Numbered from the stretch's first letter, positions 22,070 to 32,813 are shown. The stretch: 45,371 nucleotides of DNA from an uncultured delta proteobacterium (GCA_963733195.1 CAVTCR010000082.1:1-45371); one strand, 5' to 3'. Translations and numbers: made by a program. The notes: a model not told the origin generated them from the letters alone.

Positions 22070-23504
22070 CTATGAGGCTGGCTGATTTCTCCCGTACAGA
22101 TTTGAGATTATCGGTCGCAGTTTGCCGCCTGCCGTGCGTTCGATGTGATCGACAAAGGTCAAATCCACTGTGATGTTGTCGCCGAGTTTTTGCTGAAAGT
22201 CGCTACTCACACGTTTGGTAATCCCCTCTCGATCACAGGTTGGGGACGCAACGACTGACACACGAAAGTGGCCGTCGCTTTCCTGCACGATCTGGAACTG
22301 CCAGATCGTCTCTATGTCCTCGAGAATATCCACCACGGGCTGCGGATGCATGATCTGGCCCGAGGGCAAGTGGATCCAATCGTCACTCCGCCCTTGGGGA
22401 AACGCCAATAGCGGCAAGGAGCGTCCACACGGACACGACTCCGGCAGCAGGCGGCTCAGATCACCCAGGCGGTAATTCAGCAGCACGATTGCCCGATTCA
22501 CCAGGTTCGAGACCACCACGTCGCCGCTTTCCCCGTCGGGTAGTGATTTCCCCTGCGCATCCACGATGCGCACAGGGTACAAGTCAATGTTGAGGTGCAG
22601 GCCACGACCATGGAGACACTCGAAACCGATCTTGAACGCCTCGATCGCCTCATAGGTGCTCACTATGGGAATCCCTAACGTTTCCTTAATGAAACGTCTG
22701 GTTGTATTGGACATGCCGTCAGAACTATAGGTGATGGCTTGGGGACGATGAAAAGATTGGCCGGTCGCGCGCAGGTAAGAGAAAAGGATCTCAAGGTACG
22801 ATCCGAAGCCGTGAATGACGTCCGGCTGAAAGGCGTTCAGCAGCGGGACGTTTTTCTCCGGTGCATCCATCAGGGAAAGATACTGTCGCTGGATTTGCAT
22901 CCCGGAGGGGAAAAATCCCGCGCCGCCGGGAGAACTCCTGCACCCGTCGGTCCGTGCCGAGTGACGACGCAAAGACGGTTTCGCGGTAGCCGAACGATCT
23001 GCCGACCAGGGCCGTGATCATTGCCCGCTCCCGCTCGGCGTGCGCGGCGTTCTGAAAAATGGCGGCCGCATCGTGATACACGGTGCAGGGCATACCGCTA
23101 CTTCCTCCGCTCTGCAATTTGAGGTAGCGAGCCAGTGGCTGGGCTGTGGAAACAAAGTATTCTGGATCGCGCTGCAACTGCTCGCGCTCGATCACGGGTA
23201 GTTTGGTCAAGTCGTCAATCGTGCGGAAATCGTCCAGACCGAGACCGAGCCGGGTCATAGTCTCTCGATAATAGGGAACGGTGCGATAGGCGTGTGACAC
23301 CATACTGCGCACTCGCCGTCCCTGGACGCGCTGAATGGCGGCAAGCGGTTTGAACGGAAACTGCGCCTGGCCGCGCAAGTGGTAGGCCAAGTACGCGCTC
23401 CACAGTAAGCGAGACGGCCACAGGTGATTGCCTTCCAATCGAACAATCAAATCATTTTTCATCTGGAGGCGCGGAACTTTTCTATATCTTAATTTTAGAT
23501 TCAC
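22070..23504 (-). CDS. Phenylacetate-CoA ligase (PaaK/CapK)-like adenylating enzyme (frameshift near 22915)
   Basis: HAYRTVPYYR, SGGSSGMP, YEAIE, NYRLGD, GRSDD and RTAGGKLR motifs. Confidence 0.85.
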
Positions 23505-23520
23505 TGCGAAGAGGTTTCAG

Positions 23521-24755
23521 CTATGTGTTCCACAGAGTTTGCAGTTTTTGGGGATTGCAATCCTCCACATCTGCCAGGTTAACCAAGACCGTCTGGGGTG
23601 GACACTCTTGCCCGGCCTGCCAACCACCAGCAGATACAAGATATAGGCGGCGCAGCCCCGGCATCCACATGGCATGATGGATCTTCGCCGCCTCGGCTCG
23701 CGTCGCCGGTTCGTTCCGGTCAACTACGGCTACGGCCGATAACTCGCCGCGGTCTCGGAATATCAACGGTGTATGTGCAAGAAAAGCCGCCACCGGTCCG
23801 CTGAAGCGATTCCAATGCACCAAAAGGTCATAGTGGGCATAGGGCTGCTCAACCAAGTGTGCCCCCCATTTACGCTTGTAGCGCAGTACGCCATCGCTGA
23901 GGGACGGACGGCAACTGCCGAGATCGATGAGTGTACAGCCCAATTCTTTAGCGTGCTGAATACCGAAGAAGAACAGCGCATCGGTCGTGCCTGATTTTAC
24001 CGGCGCCCATTCTCTATTGATCTTACCCAAGACTACAAATCTGGAGTGTTAGGCCCCGCCGCTGAAGAATGCGCCCTGCGATAGGCTGACCATCACGCCG
24101 TATCCATTGCAGACTACCTTGACGGAATATGCGACGCAGCCAGTGAATATTACGGATCACGGCGTGTTCACCGTGGCGGTTACGTATAAAGGGGACATAC
24201 ATGGTGTGGTAAAACACCTCGAAGTCCGACTCTGTGTGAGTAATATCAGACGTCAGCCCGTTACGGCGTACAGCCCGCAGATCATCTTTCAAGTGATGGC
24301 TCCTTCGGACCAGCGTCGTTAAATCTTCAGGTACTGTCAACGTTGCGCCGACCCATTCGGGAACGGCTAAGTAGTCCGTACCAAAGAATGGTCGAGCCGA
24401 AAGCCGATCTATACGGACAATTGTCAGGTCGGCCGTGGTTCGCCAGCGTTGCAAGGTGCGGGCAAGGCTCCATATCGGCGCCATACCCACCAGTTCCCGC
24501 TGAGGTTCACTCTCGAAGAAGTGGTGAATGAGATAGTTCATCCCGTCACCAGCACCAGCAGCAACAACAGTTCCCGACTGGCCGTCGCAGCGAGACCGAC
24601 CGCGGAAAATGGCAACAGGTATGCGAGGGTTTGTAAACGGCAAGGTATACCGTAAGCACCGCATTGAGAACGTCACCCGCCACTGGCGGCAACGGTGTGT
24701 ACAACCGCCAGGCCAGTTTGACCCACCAGCGGAGCTGCGGATCAGATTGCGTCAT
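23521..24755 (-). CDS. GNAT-fold FemAB/CelD-BcsL-like acyl/aminoacyl transferase, frameshifted
   Basis: FYHTMYVPFIRNRHG, AKELGCTLIDLG and GVLRYKRKWGA motifs; start overlaps the upstream stop (ATGA at 24752-24755). Confidence 0.65.
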
Positions 24756-25462
24756 ATTCTGAGCAGTCGCTTGAATTGCTGACCGATCAGCGTCCGGAGA
24801 GAGTGGGGGTAGATCATATACCCCAGGCTGAACCGGTTGGTCTCGGAGTAAATCGCATGCCAGAACGGTTTGTCCGCGCGAATGGCGAAGAGACGGACGT
24901 TCCACTCATCATCTACAGAGGTGATAATCTCATGACTGTCGGGGTCGCGATAACGGAAAAACGACTTGCCCGGTTCTTCCGCGTAACTGACATACAGCCG
25001 CCAGCCCGGCGCTCCACTATTTGTGTGCCAGGCCATATACGCCCCCGGTGGATACCAGAAATACCCACTGTCGGAGAGTGCGAGCTTCCCTTGAGAGGGG
25101 AAATACTGCTTGATTTTTTCCGCAACCGCTTTGTCCGCCAACTTTCTGGCTGTGCGCGCCTCGCTGCTGAATACCGCGTCGTGAATGTTTTTGGCGTTAA
25201 AGACAATAACGTTCGAGATCTCTCTGTCTGTGGCGATGCCGTGCACGTTCCTCCCCGACTGTAGAATGAGCCGCAGCGCCTCTTCGGAAACGGCCGCGAC
25301 GGCAGCCTGGCGGTCCGGTGTAAAGGCGGACTGCAACACTGAACCTGCTGCCCGCTTCTGCACGTCTACGCACGCCCTTACCCGGTCAGTGAGGACTCGG
25401 TCATCACGCCACTCGTTCAGTTCTTGATAGGTTTTCAGACCGGCAAAATGCTGCTCATCCAT
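24752..25462 (-). CDS. Putative 2OG-Fe(II) oxygenase-like (double-stranded beta-helix) protein
   Basis: YPPGAYMAWHTN...FWHAI...RFSLGY pattern (Hx[N]...H...RxS). Confidence 0.55.
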   Translation of the reverse strand: MDEQHFAGLKTYQELNEWRDDRVLTDRVRACVDVQKRAAGSVLQSAFTPDRQAAVAAVSEEALRLILQSGRNVHGIATDREISNVIVFNAKNIHDAVFSSEARTARKLADKAVAEKIKQYFPSQGKLALSDSGYFWYPPGAYMAWHTNSGAPGWRLYVSYAEEPGKSFFRYRDPDSHEIITSVDDEWNVRLFAIRADKPFWHAIYSETNRFSLGYMIYPHSLRTLIGQQFKRLLRI

Positions 25463-26099
25463 TTGTAGTCTCCCGGTTCCGGTTAGTGCGATAAAAGTCC
25501 CGTCGCCACGGCCCTATCTTGATATACCCCATCACCCCGAACGGGCGAAACCCGACTTTCCGGACAGCTTGTAGGTTTGCATGGTTTTCCGGCACGGTCC
25601 CGAGAATCATCCGCCGGTAACCGGCGGCGCAGAAGTACCGTATCATCTCCGTTCGTATGGCGGGTGAGACGGCTTGGCCACGAAAATCCGGTCGTGTAAA
25701 CGAGTCATACACATAGACTTCGCCATCCAGTAGGCGGATTTCACAGGCCAGGTAGAATATCCAGGCGCGGCGGTCGGCCGCCCAAGAGGCGGCAACTATC
25801 CGTCCTTCGTGGCGCGCCACGAAGCACCAATGGCCGGCGTTCAGTTGATCCATAACCTCACAAGATGTGGTCTCCACCCGGAACTTGAGATACTCAGCCA
25901 CTTCCGTCATTTTGAGCAGGTCTATAGTTACCGGCAAACGAGGGCTCACTTCCGCAATCGGCTCCTGTAAGGGTCGCTCCAGTAACAGGAGCCGTCGGTA
26001 TCCTACGTCGCCTAGTAACTTAAACCAGAAGCTCTTGACGCCCTCTTCTCGCAGCACGTTAATAACTTGCCCAACGACCTTGCTTTTTATGAGAGACAT
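25455..26099 (-). CDS. GNAT family N-acetyltransferase
   Basis: YVYDSFTRPDFRGQAV and ENHANLQAVRKVGF motifs. Confidence 0.85.
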   Translation of the reverse strand: MSLIKSKVVGQVINVLREEGVKSFWFKLLGDVGYRRLLLLERPLQEPIAEVSPRLPVTIDLLKMTEVAEYLKFRVETTSCEVMDQLNAGHWCFVARHEGRIVAASWAADRRAWIFYLACEIRLLDGEVYVYDSFTRPDFRGQAVSPAIRTEMIRYFCAAGYRRMILGTVPENHANLQAVRKVGFRPFGVMGYIKIGPWRRDFYRTNRNRETTNG

Positions 26100-26994
26100 A
26101 CATATTACTCTCAAGCTCCGCGCAGCGCTGGCGCATCGTCCGGCATAGCCTCTCCATCCTTTTGTCCAGGGAGTCCGTGCGCCGCGGGCGGTCAAACGGG
26201 AGAAGGAAAGCCAAGTACAGGAACATCGACGCCCAGTCTAACAGACCAATTCTTACGATCCTCATGAGAATCACGTGGAATGACACCCCTACCACCGCGG
26301 CGGCAACCCGCAGGCGTCGACACCAAAACCCCAACGCTAAGAAGTACTCGGTAAGAGCGGAAGCGGTGGCCGCTAGAGCGACCGGTATAGCTAGTGAGCC
26401 CACGTGCAGGTAGCCGTCTGAAAGATCGACGAGGAAGTTGGGGAGCATCCGTGACATGCCTATGAGCACGTCACCGCTCAGATACGCTGGCGTTGTTTTC
26501 ATCAGCGCATTGACCCCGTACACAACTGAGAGCTGTAGTTGGATCAGACGGATCGGCCACATCGGTCCTACGGACGCAGATTGACGTCCCCTCCACAAGC
26601 TCAGCCGCGCGTCGCTGCGGAGAAACGAAAAGGCCAGTAAAGTAAACAAAAGAAGCTGCTGGCTAGGGCGCCCGTGCGCCAGAAACGACGGCAGTAACAG
26701 CACCGCGATCAGCCAGCTCAACACCTGGGGCCGCCACCCTGCGGCAAAAAGCGCCAGTCCCGCAAGGGTAAGTAACCAGTAAGGCGTCGTGAGCAACACC
26801 TGCTCGTACAACTCCGACACCCCCGGGATGCTGTACACCGCCGGGGTCTGCTGTAGGTTGCGAGGCCAGAACACTACCGCCAGCATGACAGCTAAGGCGA
26901 TGCGGAACACCGCGGCATACGTCGGATTAACAGGCGCGAACAAAAATCGTTCCGCCCAGCCTGTCAAACCGGAATCAAAATCTCTTAGAACCAT
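26059..26994 (-). CDS. HTTM-domain membrane protein
   Basis: AVFRIAL, WPIRLIQLQLSVVY...K, YLSG, TE...LW and GVSFH motifs. Confidence 0.75.
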   Translation of the reverse strand: MVLRDFDSGLTGWAERFLFAPVNPTYAAVFRIALAVMLAVVFWPRNLQQTPAVYSIPGVSELYEQVLLTTPYWLLTLAGLALFAAGWRPQVLSWLIAVLLLPSFLAHGRPSQQLLLFTLLAFSFLRSDARLSLWRGRQSASVGPMWPIRLIQLQLSVVYGVNALMKTTPAYLSGDVLIGMSRMLPNFLVDLSDGYLHVGSLAIPVALAATASALTEYFLALGFWCRRLRVAAAVVGVSFHVILMRIVRIGLLDWASMFLYLAFLLPFDRPRRTDSLDKRMERLCRTMRQRCAELESNMYVSHKKQGRWASY

Positions 26995-27385
26995 CGGCGG
27001 CAAAAACGATTACGCGCTGTTGATCCAGACGCGTAGAGTTATAGGCGTAGCGGATGACCCACTCGAAACGGGTTCCCGACTCGGCTTGGCGTAACAGCAG
27101 GGACTCGTGCATGTACATGCGAATACAATGTTCCAGCCGTTCTAGGAAAACTGGCGATGGCAGCGTCGCTGACCACAGCCGGCTGCATTGCTCCGGTGTT
27201 GGCAACGTCTGACGAGTGCCGTCAGAGGCGACACGAACGACGCTGACTTCCGCCACCGTGACCCGAAAATACACACGTAGGCGGTAGCTCGTGATCACAA
27301 CGAAACACGCCAGTAGAAGAAAGAGCAGGTAATCGCGTCGCCGTGACCCAATCACGAACGTCCGAGCTGGTGATGAAATGGACAT
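26975..27385 (-). CDS. Single-TM hypothetical protein, HTTM partner
   Basis: N-terminal hydrophobic helix; overlaps the HTTM start; AGGA RBS. Confidence 0.55.
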   Translation of the reverse strand: MSISSPARTFVIGSRRRDYLLFLLLACFVVITSYRLRVYFRVTVAEVSVVRVASDGTRQTLPTPEQCSRLWSATLPSPVFLERLEHCIRMYMHESLLLRQAESGTRFEWVIRYAYNSTRLDQQRVIVFAADGSKRF

Positions 27386-27502
27386 CTTTTATCCTACAGA
27401 CACGAAATTTAGAGCCATTTGCAGATGCGTTTATCCAAACCCACAGCCCTCTAGGGCTCAGTTGAAACTACGTACTTCGACACTGCCGCCCTCGACGGCT
27501 AC

Positions 27503-27568
27503 GCTGCTCAGAAACAAAATTTTTCTTGTTTATTTTTAGGTGCTTAGCGCCCGCGCTATGGAGAACTC
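27503..27568 (+). repeat. Bipartite direct repeat, copy 1 (18 bp + 27 bp)
   Basis: GCTGCTCAGAAACAAAAT (27503-27520) and GCTTAGCGCCCGCGCTATGGAGAACTC (27542-27568) recur at 36074-36091 and 36216-36242. Confidence 0.85.
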
Positions 27569-27616
27569 AGCATGAGCGGTACTAACGTGGAGTGTCCCAA
27601 TGTCATGTAGTTCAAT

Positions 27617-28588
27617 TTAGGCTTCAAGCACGGACCCGCTGTGCCCGGGGAAGCGATCAACATAGTGCCAACTGCGGTACTGCTCCGGATACCTTCTGAT
27701 GCGTGATTCCAATAAACCGACATACTCGGCAATACTATTCTCCAAGCCCTGCTCCCTCTCCACGCCGGTGTCGATCCGTATCGGGCACTCGATGATGAGA
27801 CGAGTCTTACTACCGGGTTCCTGGATGCAAAACATCGGCAGTATCGACGCACCGGAGGTCTTCGCCAGACTGACCATTCCCGTGGCGAAGAATTTGGTAT
27901 GGCCAAGGAACGGTTGGGAGATGAGTTTGCGCCCGAACCCCACGTCGCCGGTGATGCAGAGAATTACGTTCTGTCTTAACAGAGCTAACAGGCGCCTAGT
28001 AAACACCAAGGAATCCGAGTCGGGCAGGTAGATGATTTCCGTAACGAATTGCTTTTCACGCCGCTCGAAAAATGGCTTGGCGATATAATGTCGTACCCAG
28101 GTCGCTGTGCTATTACCGGACCAGAACCCTCCGAGATGGCGCTCGGTGTGCACCTGATACAGCGCAAATCCATTTTCGTGCAGGATGTGTTTTGCCAAGT
28201 GCCTCTTGCCAAAGGAACTGCTCTCCCAGAGGATCGCCCCTTTCCTCTCCCTCAGCGCGTTTTGTAAGTGCTCCACGCCGGAGATCTCAACTCCTTTCAA
28301 TGCCGCCTTTTCCTGCCGGGAAAGCGACAGCGAAAATACATCTTCCCAGAACTCCCGGAAAGCTCCCTTGACAATGTCCCGTTGTTGCCGCTCGCTTAGC
28401 CTTTCACTAAGAGTTTGGGAAAGGTTTGCTTGGCTCAGCCGCCTCTTGTTCCGTGACAACTGATACGCGGTAAAAACTATGCCGCGGACGACGTAATCTT
28501 TGAGCCGGCGCGAAGAAGACCAGCCGACCACCTCCACCAGGGCGATCACCGCGAGAAAGTAGAGGTCCTTCGCCTGAATGAATTTCAT
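27617..28588 (-). CDS. LpxL/HtrB-like lysophospholipid acyltransferase family protein
   Basis: NL...L, ISGVEHLQNAL..KGAIL, GD, PFLG...FATG...LAKTSGASILP and IRRYPEQY..WH motifs. Confidence 0.8.
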   Translation of the reverse strand: MKFIQAKDLYFLAVIALVEVVGWSSSRRLKDYVVRGIVFTAYQLSRNKRRLSQANLSQTLSERLSERQQRDIVKGAFREFWEDVFSLSLSRQEKAALKGVEISGVEHLQNALRERKGAILWESSSFGKRHLAKHILHENGFALYQVHTERHLGGFWSGNSTATWVRHYIAKPFFERREKQFVTEIIYLPDSDSLVFTRRLLALLRQNVILCITGDVGFGRKLISQPFLGHTKFFATGMVSLAKTSGASILPMFCIQEPGSKTRLIIECPIRIDTGVEREQGLENSIAEYVGLLESRIRRYPEQYRSWHYVDRFPGHSGSVLEA

Positions 28589-28598
28589 CTTCGGTTCA

Positions 28599-30083
28599 TC
28601 ACTCTTGCGTCAACATTTTCCTGCGGACTTTGCCTGTCGGGCTTTTCGGCAGACTGTCGCGAAATTCAATGACACTCGGGATCTTGAAATCGGCAATCTT
28701 CCCGCGGCAATACTCGACGATTTCTTCCTCCGTACACGAAGCGTGAAGGACGATCACCACCTTCACCTTTTCATCCCCGTACGGCGTGGGCTCACCAACA
28801 GCAACCACCTCTTCAACCTTGGGATGACTCTCCAACAGCGCCTCGATTTCGTGCGGGTTAATTTTGTACCCCCCTTTGTTGATGAAGAACTTTTTTCTGC
28901 CGACCAGATACAGCAGCCCGCCTCGGTCCCGCTTGCCAAGGTCTCCGGTGAAGAAATAACCGTCGCGAAACGTCTCCCGATTCACCTCCTCTAACCCCTC
29001 ATAGCCGGTGATCGCCGCCGGACTTTTCACCGCAACTTCCCCGACCTCATCGGCCTCCGTCACCCGCCCGTCGTCGGCAAAGACCTCCACTTCCACGCCC
29101 GCGATGGGCGTCCCCACGGACTCTAATGACCCTCCCACGTCTGCACCCAGATCCACGCTGATCGTTCCGGTCTCGGTTGAGCCGTACAGTTGCCGTACAT
29201 ACATCCCGAACTGTTCGTAGAACTCTTGGTTCAGTTTCTTCGGCATGGGCGCGCTAGCCGAGACACACAAACGTAAAGACGAAAAGTCCGGTCGCCTACG
29301 AAAATTGGCTTTGGCGAGCATGCTAAACATGAACGGCACAGCAATGAACACCGAGATAGCGTTTTTTTCGATCGCCTCCGCTACGGCTCGCCGTTCGAAC
29401 TTCGCCAGCGGGTAGAGGGTGGCGCCGGCTCGAATGCTGGTCATCATACTGCGCATCAGGCCGTTGACGTGAGAAAAAGGCGCCACACCGAGGAAGCGGT
29501 CGTCGCGACTGATTTTGAGCGTGGCGATTAGACTGTCGAGCTCAAAAAGCAAATTCGCGTGCGTGCGAGCGATCTGCTTTGGTCTGCCCGTTGAACCCGA
29601 CGAGAACTGATACATCACCGGCGCATCAGGATCGAGATCAAGGGCAAAATCGTTCACTACTATGGACGCTGGCCGGGAAGCTTCCGGCTGATTCTCCACA
29701 AAAAATAGTTGACACGGGGACGTGCGCGCCGACAGCACTTGTTGACATAACTCGGCGAAAGCTCCTGAAGTGATAAGCACGGAAACGTTGCACACGTCGA
29801 GGAAGTATAACAGCTCCGTCTGCTGGTAATGGTCATTCAGCGGGACCGCGACCGCCCCCGCAGTCACAATGGCGAAATAGCCGGTTATGAAGTCCACACC
29901 GTTGGGCAACAAGAGAGCTACCCGATCGCCCCGACGGATCCCCAGATTGTGAAGTTCTCCTGCAAGGGCGGCAACCCTTTTTTCAAGAGCCTCGTAATTG
30001 ATCGCCACCATCCCATCGACAACAGCGGTACGCCCGGCGTTCTGCCTGGCAACGGTTGCTAACATTTCCGGTAGGGTCCTCAT
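28599..30083 (-). CDS. AMP-dependent acyl-CoA/acyl-ACP ligase (ANL superfamily)
   Basis: Intact 494 aa; FSSGSTGRPK, YGSTE, TGDLG and LPKSPTGKV motifs. Confidence 0.92.
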   Translation of the reverse strand: MRTLPEMLATVARQNAGRTAVVDGMVAINYEALEKRVAALAGELHNLGIRRGDRVALLLPNGVDFITGYFAIVTAGAVAVPLNDHYQQTELLYFLDVCNVSVLITSGAFAELCQQVLSARTSPCQLFFVENQPEASRPASIVVNDFALDLDPDAPVMYQFSSGSTGRPKQIARTHANLLFELDSLIATLKISRDDRFLGVAPFSHVNGLMRSMMTSIRAGATLYPLAKFERRAVAEAIEKNAISVFIAVPFMFSMLAKANFRRRPDFSSLRLCVSASAPMPKKLNQEFYEQFGMYVRQLYGSTETGTISVDLGADVGGSLESVGTPIAGVEVEVFADDGRVTEADEVGEVAVKSPAAITGYEGLEEVNRETFRDGYFFTGDLGKRDRGGLLYLVGRKKFFINKGGYKINPHEIEALLESHPKVEEVVAVGEPTPYGDEKVKVVIVLHASCTEEEIVEYCRGKIADFKIPSVIEFRDSLPKSPTGKVRRKMLTQE

Positions 30084-30385
30084 ATGGATGTTCCTCCCCT
30101 TGCGTGGTCTCTCTGTTCTGCAAGCTGCCGCAGAACATACTCGGCCAAAGTTGCAAGGCTTTTGAAAAGACTCGCCGTGAGATCCTCATCGGCGATTTGC
30201 ATGTCAAACTCCCTCTCGATCTCGGCAACGAGCGTCAGGGTCTCGATCGAATCAAGACCGATGCCGCGCCCCAGCAGCGGAGTGTTCGAGTCGCTCGCGG
30301 CGAGGACTGCGGGGTTGACATTCAGTGCGGACACCAAGATGTGTTTGATTTTTTCTTCTATTTCTACGCGTGAATTTTTTCCCAT
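30080..30385 (-). CDS. Acyl carrier protein
   Basis: GIGLDSIETL phosphopantetheine site; stop overlaps the ligase start. Confidence 0.9.
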   Translation of the reverse strand: MGKNSRVEIEEKIKHILVSALNVNPAVLAASDSNTPLLGRGIGLDSIETLTLVAEIEREFDMQIADEDLTASLFKSLATLAEYVLRQLAEQRDHARGGTSI

Positions 30386-30726
30386 GTTGCGAAGATATCT
30401 CAGTCCGCCAGCAAGACAGCCCCCGGCGCTCTTGCTAACCGAAATTGAAGAGAATGGACGCCCTCATTTATATTTCTTTAGGTCATTTTCCCTCTTCATG
30501 CGAGAGACTATAAGGTGTCCTATAGTCTGCATCTTTTCATGAATGTGCTGAGGAGTTAAATGCTCGAGTGAAAGTTTTCCCGATATCACCTCGGCGGCGC
30601 CCTACGCTCCACGCGGAGGAAGCCGGCATCGCGCTACAGAAATTCCAGTTTTGGCCTTTGGTAAAGTGGGGGTGACTACAGACACCGAAGGTTCGACACA
30701 TTTCCCAGGCGTTGCGGCGCGCAATT

Positions 30727-31977
30727 TCAATTAACCCCTTGAGTTTTGCCGCGACCCACGGCCATCTCACCGATCAGCGCAAAGTACCGCTGCAGGTGGG
30801 CTTCAGGCGTCCACTGCCGCTGGTAGGCCTCATAGCCCCGCAGGCCCAGCTCGCGTCGGCATGGCGGATCCGTCAACAGCTTGTCCATCGCTGCCACCAG
30901 TTCCTCATCTGTATTGTACGCGAATCCGCCGCCGCTCTCTGCGATAACCTCCGGCATCCCCCCCAAGTTCCTGACAATCGCCGGTGTCTGCTGCCTGAAA
31001 GCTTCGATAATTACGAGCGCGAAGATCTCGTAACAGAGGGATGGAACAATGACCGCCACCGCCCGACGGTACACAGCCTGCAGTTGTCGGTCGGACAGGT
31101 AACCTAAAAAGTGGATGTTGGTGCTGCCGCCGGCCAACCGCCGCAGCCGGGATTCCTCACTGCCCGCGCCGGCGATCAGCAACTGCGCCCTCCGGTAGTG
31201 GCGGAAGATGGGGATGAGCGTTTGCAGGCCCTTGAGCTTCTCCAGGCGGCCCACGAAGAGGAAATATGACCCCCCCGCTACTTCGCCCAGGGGTTGTTCG
31301 AATGCGAGCGAAATAGCCTCCGCCGCCGGAACAAAATTGGGCAGATGCACGATAGGGGCGTCGATCCCCATCCGGCGATGCACGTCTTTGCAGAAGCGGC
31401 TCGGGGCGATGAAGGCATCGACGTGCTCGACCGCGGCCGCCAACAGGCCGAGATACCGCCACCACTGCGGCGGGCGCTTGTACGTCGAGGTACAGAGGAA
31501 GCAATGCGGCTTAGTGCAAGCTGCCCGGTTGAATCTGAACAGTGTATGGGTGGGGCAGACCAGCCAGTACTCGTGCATCGTGTAGAGCTTGATGGCCTGC
31601 CCATATTCCAGGATTTTTGGCCCACCGACCAGCGAGATGTTGTGATAGTGGATGACGTCAAAACCCGTTTCCAGAATCTGCCGGATACGGGCTGACTTGA
31701 AGAATGGGAACCCCGTCTGTTGGGTGGCCAACGGGGAGAGAAAGCCGAACGGACTCTTAAGCCCGTGCACGGTCACGTTGGGATGATCTTCATAGGTCGC
31801 CACCGGCTCCCGGCCTGCCAGATAGCGGTGGGCATCGATACAGTGGATTACCTCTACCTGATGCCCGCGCCGCGCCAGCTCGATCGCGAGTTGGCGCACA
31901 AAGATTCCGTCCCCGCCGAAGCTGTAGGGCGGATAGAAGGTTGTCACCATGCAAAAGCGGAGGGGTCGGTCCGTCAT
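30727..31977 (-). CDS. Glycosyltransferase family 4
   Basis: FYPPYSFGG, FVGRLEKLKG and PSLCYEIFALVIIEAF motifs. Confidence 0.9.
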   Translation of the reverse strand: MTDRPLRFCMVTTFYPPYSFGGDGIFVRQLAIELARRGHQVEVIHCIDAHRYLAGREPVATYEDHPNVTVHGLKSPFGFLSPLATQQTGFPFFKSARIRQILETGFDVIHYHNISLVGGPKILEYGQAIKLYTMHEYWLVCPTHTLFRFNRAACTKPHCFLCTSTYKRPPQWWRYLGLLAAAVEHVDAFIAPSRFCKDVHRRMGIDAPIVHLPNFVPAAEAISLAFEQPLGEVAGGSYFLFVGRLEKLKGLQTLIPIFRHYRRAQLLIAGAGSEESRLRRLAGGSTNIHFLGYLSDRQLQAVYRRAVAVIVPSLCYEIFALVIIEAFRQQTPAIVRNLGGMPEVIAESGGGFAYNTDEELVAAMDKLLTDPPCRRELGLRGYEAYQRQWTPEAHLQRYFALIGEMAVGRGKTQGVN

Positions 31978-31989
31978 GTTATTCCGAGT

Positions 31990-32790
31990 TTATCGGTCCT
32001 GCTTATTTCCTGACTTAGTATCCGGTTTCACTGCCCTCACGATTATCAAAACCTCGTAATCGGGGTCAAAGTAATCCAATTCTTCTAAACGCAGTTCCTC
32101 GGTTCCCAGCCCATGCAGAGAGGCAATCGCCGTAAGAACATTCCCGTAAGTTTTGACCTCGATATTTGCTGCCGGAAAGTTTTCCTCAAACAGTCGCCGG
32201 GCGGACTGAGCGGTGAGGCGCCAGTACTCGCCCCAATGATCTATTCCCTCCCGGCGCCCGATCTTGCTAATTCCATGAGAGGTTACTAAAAGCACTCCCC
32301 CGGGTTTCAGAATGCGGTAGAGGTGATGTAATGCCGCCCGCACGTCGTAAATCATCTGAAGCGTCTGAATACAGACAATGCAGTCGAAGGTATCGGACGG
32401 GACATGATCGGCACATGTCAGATCCGCCACGATTGTCGCCTCCGGGTTGCTTTCTACGACATGAAGCACATCGCTCTTGATGACACGGTCGCCCCCAAAC
32501 TTCCGCGTGTAGAAAGCGTCTCCCATTTCCAGCACCCGGCCTCTGACGTCCGAAGCGTGGGCGGATAGAAACTGTTCTATGTAGTAACGGTCAATCGGTA
32601 AGCCTCGGTCAAGGCCAAAGATGCGGCTGATCGGCGTTACCCGCCAGAAGCTTTTATCTTTTACTGTTCCTACTCGCGGCCACTGCAGTCGGTGGCGTCG
32701 TTGCCGCGCACGTAGCCGGCGCCGAATATCTGCCGGGAACACCGCCGTTGCTATAGCTCTTATCCAGTCGTTGATAGTAGAACGATTCAT
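31990..32790 (-). CDS. Class I SAM-dependent methyltransferase (glycan-cluster type)
   Basis: PISRIFGLDRGLPIDRYYIE, VLEMG, FDCIVCIQTLQ and LKPGGVLL motifs; GAGGAG RBS before ATG 32790. Confidence 0.8.
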   Translation of the reverse strand: MNRSTINDWIRAIATAVFPADIRRRLRARQRRHRLQWPRVGTVKDKSFWRVTPISRIFGLDRGLPIDRYYIEQFLSAHASDVRGRVLEMGDAFYTRKFGGDRVIKSDVLHVVESNPEATIVADLTCADHVPSDTFDCIVCIQTLQMIYDVRAALHHLYRILKPGGVLLVTSHGISKIGRREGIDHWGEYWRLTAQSARRLFEENFPAANIEVKTYGNVLTAIASLHGLGTEELRLEELDYFDPDYEVLIIVRAVKPDTKSGNKQDR

Positions 32791-32813
32791 TCTCCTCATT
32801 CGACAGATCGAAA

